From contig CAWATN010000013.1 in NCBI GenBank assembly GCA_963784945.1, forward strand, positions 91,742 through 155,741: a stretch of 64,000 nucleotides of DNA. Reading direction: 5' to 3'. This DNA is from an uncultured Thermoleophilia bacterium (lineage in GTDB: Bacteria > Actinomycetota > Thermoleophilia > Gaiellales > Gaiellaceae). This document shows positions 16,955-24,768 of the stretch, piece by piece (position 1 is the first letter of the stretch; every line of letters starts with the position of its first letter). Below the pieces are notes generated by a model. The model was not told the DNA's origin. It ran no database searches and was given only the letters and a program-made list of their open reading frames with translations. The position numbers and the translations under genes are program-made.

Positions 16955-18846
16955 ACCTGAAGCGGACACCGGCTATCGCGCTCGTCTCGGCTGCCCTCGT
17001 TGCTGCCGTTGCCACAAACGTGGCGACGGCAGCCGAGAGCGCAGCCGGCGTCGGTGTCACGGAGGCCACGGATTCGCACTTCCCGGACATGGCATTCGTT
17101 CTGTCGTTGCCCAAGAAGCAGCCACTCACGGCCGCTCAACTGGGCCTGACCGAGAACCGGAAGCCCGTTCAGAACCTGACCGTCGCAAAGCCTGGCGCGG
17201 ACAACGTCGGCGTCGTGCTCGTGATCGACGCGTCCAACAGCATGAAGGGCCGACCGATCGCCGGTGCGATGGCAGCGGCACGTGCCTTTGCGGCCCGACG
17301 TACTCCTGGGCAGCAACTCGCGCTCATCACGTTCAACGGCAAGACGACCGTCGTCCTGCCCCTGACGAACGGGGCGGCAGCGATTACCAAGGCGCTGGCG
17401 CAGACTCCCGATCTCGCCCCCGATACCCACATCTACGACGCTCTCGACAGTGCGCGCAAGTTGCTCGAGGAGTCGGGCGTCGCTGCAGGCTCAATTGTGC
17501 TCCTCTCCGACGGGAAGGACATCGGGAGCGATATCGACCAGACCACCGCGATCAGCGCGCTGAAGGACACGAAGGTACGGGTGTTCGCGGTCGGACTCCA
17601 CTCGGGCCAGTACGACCCGGCCGCGCTCAAGGCAGTCGCCGCGCAGACCTCGGGGAACTACAGCGAGGCATCGAGCGCGTCTGCACTGAAGCAGATCTAT
17701 GCCGGGCTCGGCTATACGCTCTCGAACGAGTACGTCGTCCGCTACCGGTCGCTCGCCGGCCCGGGGCAACAGACGAGGGTTGCAGTCAAGGTCGCTGGAA
17801 TTCCGGGAACGGCCCGAACGAGCTACGTGACTCCGTCGCTTCCGACGGCCTCTGTGGCGAACGGAGAGACGTGGTGGGATCGCATCATCCGGTCCCCGAT
17901 CACGCTCATCGTCGTCGTCTTCGCGATCGTTGCGATGCTCGGGTACGCGGTCTTCCGGCTCCTGTACCGGCCGGACCAGGCGCTGAAGCGGCGGATCGGC
18001 CAGTTCGTCTCCCTCCCGGAGGACGAGAGAGCGAAGCAGCGCCAGGCTGAGGTCGATCTCATGCTCGCGCCCGACGAGAAGTCTCCTACAGAAGGGCGCT
18101 TCGCCTACCTCAGGCGGCTCGAGGACGACATGGAGCTCGCCCACATCGAGACGCCGGTGCGCACCGTGCTGCTTCTCACGTGCATCGGTGGTCTTGCCCT
18201 TGGGATCGTCGTCGCCATCCTCGTTGGCTCGCCGATCGGCCTCCTTGCGGCGCTCGTCGCACCGTTCGTCACAAGGGCAGTTGTCAGCCGGCGCCTAAAC
18301 ACCACGCGCGGAGTCTTCTCGGATCAACTGCCGGACAATCTCGACGTTCTCGCGTCGGGGCTCAGAGCCGGGCACAGCTTCGTCGGCGCCCTCGCGGTCT
18401 GCGTCGACGATGCCGCCGAGCCGTCGAAGAGTGAATTCCAGCGCGTGCTCGCCGACGAGCAGCTAGGAGTGCCGGTCGACGAGGCGTTGCACGTCACTGC
18501 CAAGCGGATGGACAGCAGGGATGTCGTCCAGATTGCGCTCGTTGCAAGGCTTCAGCGCGAGGCCGGCACGAACGCGGCGGCCGTGCTCGACCAGGTCGCC
18601 GACAACGTCCGGGCTCGACTCGAGCTTCGTCGCCTGGTCGCAACGCTTACCGCCCAGGGCCGGATGGCACGCTGGATCGTGTCACTCCTGCCGGTGGGCC
18701 TCTTCTTGATCATCTACCTCCTGAACCGGCAGTACCTCGCCCCGCTCTGGAACGATCCGGTCGGCATCGCTGCGCTGATCTGTGCGGCGGTCATGGTCAT
18801 TGCCGGCTCCCTCGTCATCAAGCGAATCATCGAGATCGAGGTGTAA
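16951..18846 (+). CDS. tadB: fusion protein: signal peptide + von Willebrand A domain + TadB-type platform (T2SS-F) domain
   Basis: The GTG at 16951 overlaps the tadA stop (GTGA). The N-terminus is VNLKRTPAIALVSAALVAAVATNVATA. The VWA domain has a MIDAS-like motif (VLVIDASNSM ... VLLSDGKD). A TM helix ITLIVVVFAIVAMLGYAVF follows, then a T2SS-F domain running to the stop. There is no in-frame stop between the parts. Confidence 0.85.
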   Translation: MNLKRTPAIALVSAALVAAVATNVATAAESAAGVGVTEATDSHFPDMAFVLSLPKKQPLTAAQLGLTENRKPVQNLTVAKPGADNVGVVLVIDASNSMKGRPIAGAMAAARAFAARRTPGQQLALITFNGKTTVVLPLTNGAAAITKALAQTPDLAPDTHIYDALDSARKLLEESGVAAGSIVLLSDGKDIGSDIDQTTAISALKDTKVRVFAVGLHSGQYDPAALKAVAAQTSGNYSEASSASALKQIYAGLGYTLSNEYVVRYRSLAGPGQQTRVAVKVAGIPGTARTSYVTPSLPTASVANGETWWDRIIRSPITLIVVVFAIVAMLGYAVFRLLYRPDQALKRRIGQFVSLPEDERAKQRQAEVDLMLAPDEKSPTEGRFAYLRRLEDDMELAHIETPVRTVLLLTCIGGLALGIVVAILVGSPIGLLAALVAPFVTRAVVSRRLNTTRGVFSDQLPDNLDVLASGLRAGHSFVGALAVCVDDAAEPSKSEFQRVLADEQLGVPVDEALHVTAKRMDSRDVVQIALVARLQREAGTNAAAVLDQVADNVRARLELRRLVATLTAQGRMARWIVSLLPVGLFLIIYLLNRQYLAPLWNDPVGIAALICAAVMVIAGSLVIKRIIEIEV

Positions 18847-18849
18847 CCC

Positions 18850-19767
18850 ATGACGACTTTCATCCTCATCGTCGCACTGATTCTTCTCGCCGCCGCGGTC
18901 ACGATTCTCGTTCAGGCGATCACCGCTCCACAGCGCGAGGGCCAGGAAGTGGTCGAGCAGATCGGAGCCTACGGCTTCCGCGGCTTCGTCTCGCGCGACG
19001 ACGGCGTGGCGCGCGAGCACACATCCCTCAGGGAGCTGCCGACCACGATCGGTGATTGGCTGAGCGCCCGCTTCGGGGCCCACAAGGAGGCGGATGTTCG
19101 TCGGCGCCTCGTGGCGGCAGGATGGTATTCGACGACGCCTGCCGCGTTGCTCGGGTACCGATTCATCAGCGCGACCGTCTTCACGTTCGGGTTCCTTCTC
19201 CTCGGCGCGGCTGCGGGTATGAGCACCGCGTTGTACGTCGTCGGCCTCATCGTCTTTGCGCTGTTCGGCTGGTACCTGCCGTCGATGGTCCTGAACCGCA
19301 AGACGAAGGAACGCCACCACAAGATCGACCGTGAGCTTCCCGAGCTGATCGATCTCCTTGTCGTCACCGTGGAAGCGGGGATTGGCTTCAACGGCTCCCT
19401 TCGGCTCGCCGCCCAGGAGCTCGGCGGCCCGCTCGCCCAGGAACTGCGGCTCACCCTGCAGGAACAGAGCATGGGCCTCTCGACGACGGAGGCGCTCGAC
19501 AACCTCTCGTACCGGGTCGACGCCCCGGGCATCAAGTCCTTCGTGCGGGCGATCAGTCAGGGCGAGACCCTCGGGGTCTCGATCAGCCAGATCCTTCGCA
19601 ACCTCGCGGAGGAGATGCGCAAGAAGCGGAAGGCGACTGCCGAGGAGCTGGCTCAGAAGGCGCCGATCAAGATGCTCTTCCCGCTGATCTTCCTGATCTT
19701 CCCCGCCATGTTCGTGGTCTTGCTCCTACCGGCGCTGCTCGCGATCTCGAAGTCGCTGGGGGATTAG
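18850..19767 (+). CDS. tadC: TadC platform protein (T2SS-F domain)
   Basis: The 305-aa product has an N-terminal TM helix, a central ELPELIDLLVVTVEAGIGF region and a C-terminal TM pair. It starts 3 nt after the tadB stop. Confidence 0.85.
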   Translation: MTTFILIVALILLAAAVTILVQAITAPQREGQEVVEQIGAYGFRGFVSRDDGVAREHTSLRELPTTIGDWLSARFGAHKEADVRRRLVAAGWYSTTPAALLGYRFISATVFTFGFLLLGAAAGMSTALYVVGLIVFALFGWYLPSMVLNRKTKERHHKIDRELPELIDLLVVTVEAGIGFNGSLRLAAQELGGPLAQELRLTLQEQSMGLSTTEALDNLSYRVDAPGIKSFVRAISQGETLGVSISQILRNLAEEMRKKRKATAEELAQKAPIKMLFPLIFLIFPAMFVVLLLPALLAISKSLGD

Positions 19768-19771
19768 CCGT

Positions 19772-20539
19772 ATGAGCAGACGGGCAGGGACGCTGACACT
19801 TCGTCGGGAGGATGGCCGCATCGTCTGCGACTCGGTCATCGTCGCCGACGGAACGTTCCGACGCCTGCGCGGCCTCCTCGGCCGCAAGGCACTCCGTGCC
19901 GATGAGGGGATCGTCCTCCGCCCCGCCTGGTCGATCCATACCGCGTTCATGCGGTTCTCGATCGACGTCGTGTTCGTAGACGCAGAGCAGGTCGTGATGC
20001 GTATTGCGCCGAGCCTCCGACCGTTCAAGACCGCGTCCTGCCGTGGCGCCCGAGAGGTCGTCGAGCTTGCAGCCGGCGAGTGCGCGAGGCGTGGCCTCGC
20101 TCCCGGTGACCGTGTCGCGTGGGCGTCCCGCGACGTCGTCAATGCGCTCGCGATCAAGGAGAACGCTCCGCTCCAGATCGACCGACTCGGAACGGTGCTC
20201 GTTGCGAGCGCCGATCAGCGGTTCGTCAAGCTCGCCCGCTTCCTCCTGGAGGGGCGTGGGATCAACATTGAGGCACAGTCTGCGCCCGTCTCACTTTCGG
20301 GCTCGCTTGCGGATGCGAACGTCGACGCGGTTCTCCTCGACGCCGGCGTGAGTCTCGGCGACGGTCTCCGCGCTCTGAACAACGCGCGCGCACAGCGGCC
20401 CGACGTGCCCTTCGTCCTCGTCGCGGAGGCCCCCGGTGACCGTGCTCCCGAAAGCGTGCGCGTCTTCGACAAGTGGCAGGAGACGGACGCGGCAATGAGC
20501 GCGCTCGAGCAGGCGATCACGGGAGTTCCCGTCGGATAG
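19772..20539 (+). CDS. DUF192 (UPF0127/COG1430) domain fused to a receiver-like domain
   Basis: The N-terminal half (VIVADGTFRRLRGLLGRKALRADEGIVLRPAWSIHTAFMRFSIDVVFVD...VVELAAG) matches the DUF192 pattern. The C-terminal half (TVLVASADQ...VDAVLLDAGVSLGDGL...PFVLVAEA...FDKW) is CheY-like. Confidence 0.65.
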   Translation: MSRRAGTLTLRREDGRIVCDSVIVADGTFRRLRGLLGRKALRADEGIVLRPAWSIHTAFMRFSIDVVFVDAEQVVMRIAPSLRPFKTASCRGAREVVELAAGECARRGLAPGDRVAWASRDVVNALAIKENAPLQIDRLGTVLVASADQRFVKLARFLLEGRGINIEAQSAPVSLSGSLADANVDAVLLDAGVSLGDGLRALNNARAQRPDVPFVLVAEAPGDRAPESVRVFDKWQETDAAMSALEQAITGVPVG

Positions 20540-20725
20540 GACTTTTCGCGCATGAATCCACGCCCTCATCCGCCTCTCCTCCCGGCCCAAGAGTCACTCA
20601 TGGCCTTGCGCCAGGATGCCGATCTCCATTCGATGGGCGACTCACAGCTGATGTGCGCCGCGTGGGAGGCTCGAGTGGCGGAAAACGGGGTCCCTCGCCG
20701 ACCAGCAAGCCGCAGGGACGGGTAG

Positions 20726-22192
20726 ATGGCGTCCCTCGCCGGCACCACATCGAGGACCGAGGCGATTGTCGCGCTCTCGCGTCTCGATGCCACGAAGCGG
20801 TCGGCCTCGGCCGGGACGACGCGGCTCGAGCATCTTCATGCGTTCCTCGCCGACGGCGCTCCCTCCCACGTGCTGCCGCTCCTCGTTGCGGCGCGCGTAC
20901 GAGCCACCCGGATCGCGCTCGCCGGTGGTGAAAACGAGGCGAGTGACGCGATGGCGGCGCACGTCTACGCCGCTGACGTCGTCGCGAACCTCGCAGCCGA
21001 GGGCGATCTCGCTCCAACCGACACCCAGATCACTGCAGGAGCGCTCGCCGAGGCATGCTCGATACCGCTCACTGCGGCCAGCTTCGACCTGTTCCTCCGC
21101 ACCATCTCGAGCCCCGTCCTGCTCGAACTGCCGCCCGTCGTGGCCGCCGAGATCCAGCTTCGACTGCTGCTCCATCTCGACGTCGCCTCCGAGGTCTCGC
21201 TCTGGTGCCGAACGAGCGACGGTCGCATCGACTGCATGATCTCGCTCGGCGCCGACCCGACGGACGGCCAGGTTCGCAGGCAGGCCAAGGCTGCGATCAC
21301 GGGGCGCGCCGGCGTCTCGCTCGTCGGCCTTTCGACGCTCCGCACGGGGGCAGTGCACCGTTTCGGAACGCCTGTTGGCGCGGTCGTTGCACGCCTCCAT
21401 GGCGATCGCCGACGCGACATCAGTGCCTACCTGGACGAGACGGCGCTTGCGCTCTCGATCGTGCTCGAGCGCGAACTGCTGCTCGAGCACAACACGAGGC
21501 GCGAAAGCGCCCTGACGAGCAACTCAGAGAACCGGCTGACGCGACTCGGCTTCGACCTGCACGACGGGCCGGTTCAGGATGTGCTCGCTCTCGGCGCCGA
21601 AACCCGCCAGCTGCGCGACAAGGTCTACCCCTTCGTGCTCGACAGCCACCGCGAGCTCGTGAGCGGCCGCTTCGACGATCTCCTTGCACGACTGGTCGAG
21701 CTCGACCGGCAACTCCGCGAGATGGCCCACTCACTCGAGTCGCGAAGCATCGTCTCGCGACCCCTCGCCGAGATCCTGCACCGCGAGGTCGAAGCCTTCG
21801 CGCGCCGAACTGAGATCGAGACCTCGGTCGAGGTGCGTGGCGATCCGGAGTCGCTCAGCTCCTCACAACGCGTTGCCCTGTTCAGAGCCATCCAGGAGTC
21901 GCTCTCGAATGTCCGAGAGCACAGTGGCGCCACGGAGGTCGAGGTGCGGCTCCAGGTGCGGCGCAGCACGGTCGACGTTCGCGTTACCGACAACGGCCAA
22001 GGCTTCGAGGTGAACCGCTCGCTTGCTCTCGCAGCCGAGCGAGGGCGCCTCGGCATCGTCGGCATCGGTGAACGGATGAGGATGCTCGGAGGCTCGTTCG
22101 AGGTCGACAGCCGTCCCGGCGGTCCCACCACTTTGCGGTTCTCCCTGCCACGGTGGGAGCAGTTCCACCCCGTCTCCCGAGAGAGGAGCTGA
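20726..22192 (+). CDS. soluble sensor histidine kinase (GAF-like N-terminal region + HisKA_3 + HATPase_c)
   Basis: The H-box LGFDLHDGPVQDV is of the NarX/DesK (HisKA_3) type. The ATPase motifs are IQESLSNVREH, VTDNGQGF and LGIVGIGERMRMLGG. No TM segment is seen. An in-frame TAG lies immediately upstream of the ATG. Confidence 0.8.
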   Translation: MASLAGTTSRTEAIVALSRLDATKRSASAGTTRLEHLHAFLADGAPSHVLPLLVAARVRATRIALAGGENEASDAMAAHVYAADVVANLAAEGDLAPTDTQITAGALAEACSIPLTAASFDLFLRTISSPVLLELPPVVAAEIQLRLLLHLDVASEVSLWCRTSDGRIDCMISLGADPTDGQVRRQAKAAITGRAGVSLVGLSTLRTGAVHRFGTPVGAVVARLHGDRRRDISAYLDETALALSIVLERELLLEHNTRRESALTSNSENRLTRLGFDLHDGPVQDVLALGAETRQLRDKVYPFVLDSHRELVSGRFDDLLARLVELDRQLREMAHSLESRSIVSRPLAEILHREVEAFARRTEIETSVEVRGDPESLSSSQRVALFRAIQESLSNVREHSGATEVEVRLQVRRSTVDVRVTDNGQGFEVNRSLALAAERGRLGIVGIGERMRMLGGSFEVDSRPGGPTTLRFSLPRWEQFHPVSRERS

Positions 22193-22297
22193 GACACGAT
22201 GGAATCGACGAAACTGACCTTCGGAGCGATCGCGTTTCCCGCGAAATGCAGGTATTCTTTGCCTGAAACGGTGGGCGAGGAGCCCGGGGAGAAGTCG

Positions 22298-22726
22298 ATG
22301 CACGAGCCAGTCAGACATGCGAAGCGACGGCGCGAGGAAGGCCAGGCGATGATCGAGATGGCCCTGATTCTGCCCGTCCTGTTGCTCCTGATCGGCGGAA
22401 TCGTGAAGTTCGGCATCGTCTACAACAATCACATCATCTTGACCGATTCCGTTCGCGTCGGCTCACGCCAACTCGCGCTCGGTCGCGGTCTCCCCGACGC
22501 GTGCGTGCCCGCGGTCAAACGGCTCAAGGACAGCGCTGAGAACCTCGACTCGAGCAAGCTCGTCGTCGCGGCGCCGGTCTTCAGCGGCACGTCGTCCTGC
22601 GCCACGATGTTCGAGGGTGACGCGTCGACGATCAGCGCCACCTATCCGTGCGAGCTGACGATCTTCGGGATCGACTTCTTCCCGAGCTGCAAGCTCAAGG
22701 CATCCGCGACAGAGGCTGTCGAGTGA
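22298..22726 (+). CDS. tadE: TadE-like minor pilin
   Basis: The ATG at 22298 follows GGGGAGAAG. The TadE N-terminal motif is RREEGQAMIEMALILPVLLLLIGGIVKFG. Confidence 0.75.
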   Translation: MHEPVRHAKRRREEGQAMIEMALILPVLLLLIGGIVKFGIVYNNHIILTDSVRVGSRQLALGRGLPDACVPAVKRLKDSAENLDSSKLVVAAPVFSGTSSCATMFEGDASTISATYPCELTIFGIDFFPSCKLKASATEAVE

Positions 22727-22743
22727 GACTCGCGCCCTCAGAC

Positions 22744-24768
22744 ATGCGGCGTCGTAGCGTTCGTCACGAGGACGGGCAGGCGTTGCTCCTGATGGTCTTC
22801 GCACTCGTGGTGCTGCTCGGTCTGGCCGCGCTCGTCTTCGACTTCGGCCGGGCGTACCTTGCACAGCGTCAACTGCAGCAGGCCGTCGATGCCGCCGCAC
22901 TCGTTGCCGGGCAGACCATGCCGGACACCACGGCCGCCTATGCCGCTGCCGTGAACTACAGCGCCACCGGCCTGAACAAGCATCTCCTCAGCATGAACGC
23001 GGGCGCCCCGACGATCAAGTTCAAGTGCGTGCAGAGCCTCGCGCAGAACAATGTGCCCTGCCTCAAGGATCCGACGCCTGCCGGCGGTGGCAGTCCCAGC
23101 ACCCCCTGCAGTGTCGACGAGCCCATCACGAAGAAGTGCAATGCCGTCCAGGTGACACAGTCGGCGACGGTGCCAACCACATTCGGGCGGCTCTTCGTGC
23201 CGAGCCTCAAAGTGACGGCCCGCTCCACCGTCGGCATGCGCGGGGGAGCCCCCCACCCCCTCAACATCATGATCGTGCTCGACAGAACCGGATCGATGGG
23301 AGACCCTGGGCTTTCGATGACAACGACGGGGTGCGGCGACGCCGTCACGGATCCAAGCGGCAACACCGTGATTGCGGCCAACCAGTCCCTGAAGATCGAC
23401 TGCGCCAAGGCCGGTATCCGAGAACTCCTCAGTGGTCTTCTACCGTGCCAACCGAATCTCCAGGTGTGCGGCGCGGCGGCCCCACTCGATCAGGTCGGCA
23501 TGATGGTCTTCCCTGCGCTCAACGCGCGGGACGCGACAACTCACGACACCACCGGCAACCCCGCACATTCCAACGTCAACCTCGACTCGAGCGCCAGCTG
23601 CTCGGGTGCGCTCACGACGAAACCGCCGTGGTACACGCCGAACCGCGCGTTTCCCAACTGGTTCCTGCAGACGAGCGACGTCGGTTATGGATCGCCCGCA
23701 GTAGCGGCCGTGCCAGCGGTAGACGAGGTGGACCGGCTGAACGTTCAGGGCAACCCCAGCAGCGGGAACAATTCCTACTTCACCGTGACGGTGAACGGGC
23801 AAACGACAGGCAACCTCACCTGGCCAACGAACGCCGCTGCTGTTCAGGCCGCGATCGTGGCTCTGCCCGGAGTTGGGCCGACAGACGTCACCGTGGTCGG
23901 AAACAACAACGGACCAGGCGACCCATGGACGGTCACGTTCGCTAATGCCCTCGGCGGTCAGAACGTTGCCTTCGGCGTCACCGACAACCTGCTTCCCAAC
24001 AATGTTTCGATCACCAATTCGGAGGTGCTGGCCGGAGCGGCCGGCTCGCCCGCGCAGCCGGCGGTCGTCCCGGACTACTCATTCGCCCCGCTCTCGAACG
24101 ACTTCAGGACAACCCCCGATCCAGGGCTGAACGCCAATTCGCGCCTGATCCAAGCGATCACCTGGTCCTCCTGCCCCGGCGGCACGTCGACCGTCGGAAC
24201 CCGACAGATCGCCTCGGAGAGCGCAACGGGGTATCCCGGAAACCGGTACTACGGCGTAACTGCCGGCGGCAATACGTATTACACCGGAGCCCTCCTCGCA
24301 GCTCAGGACGCGCTCGCAGCCGAAGCGGCTGCCCATCCACAGCGGGAGGCGCAACCGGTGATCATCTTTCTCACGGACGGCCAGGCCAACACGGGGGCGC
24401 CAAATCCGTGCGCCACTGCCATGAGCGCCGCGCAGGCTGCCGCCCAGGCCGGGACCTGGGTGTATTCGATCGCATACAACGTCTCGGTCAGTTCGTCGAA
24501 CCCCGACACGTATTGCCAGTTCCCGGGAGGTACCCGGGAGGTCGCCCCGGGGTACCCGGGAGGACTGCCCGCGTATCACACTCTCGCGCAGATCGCGAGG
24601 AACAACGACACCCCAACGGTGTCCGATCCGACGAAGTTCTTCTGCGTGGGCACGCCTTCGAACCCCGCGGAGCCGTGCCAGGACGGCAGCACTCTCACGC
24701 AGGTCTTCAGGAGCATCGGCACCCAGCTCACCGCTTCACGGCTCTATTCCGATGACACCTTCAACTAG
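22744..24768 (+). CDS. tadG: TadG-like pseudopilin with an interrupted VWA domain
   Basis: The Tad N-terminal motif is EDGQALLLMVFALVVLLGLAALVFDFGRAYLAQRQLQQAVDAAALVA. The VWA elements are IMIVLDRTGSM and VIIFLTDGQAN. The alternative GTG at 22723 overlaps the tadE stop. Confidence 0.75.
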   Translation: MRRRSVRHEDGQALLLMVFALVVLLGLAALVFDFGRAYLAQRQLQQAVDAAALVAGQTMPDTTAAYAAAVNYSATGLNKHLLSMNAGAPTIKFKCVQSLAQNNVPCLKDPTPAGGGSPSTPCSVDEPITKKCNAVQVTQSATVPTTFGRLFVPSLKVTARSTVGMRGGAPHPLNIMIVLDRTGSMGDPGLSMTTTGCGDAVTDPSGNTVIAANQSLKIDCAKAGIRELLSGLLPCQPNLQVCGAAAPLDQVGMMVFPALNARDATTHDTTGNPAHSNVNLDSSASCSGALTTKPPWYTPNRAFPNWFLQTSDVGYGSPAVAAVPAVDEVDRLNVQGNPSSGNNSYFTVTVNGQTTGNLTWPTNAAAVQAAIVALPGVGPTDVTVVGNNNGPGDPWTVTFANALGGQNVAFGVTDNLLPNNVSITNSEVLAGAAGSPAQPAVVPDYSFAPLSNDFRTTPDPGLNANSRLIQAITWSSCPGGTSTVGTRQIASESATGYPGNRYYGVTAGGNTYYTGALLAAQDALAAEAAAHPQREAQPVIIFLTDGQANTGAPNPCATAMSAAQAAAQAGTWVYSIAYNVSVSSSNPDTYCQFPGGTREVAPGYPGGLPAYHTLAQIARNNDTPTVSDPTKFFCVGTPSNPAEPCQDGSTLTQVFRSIGTQLTASRLYSDDTFN

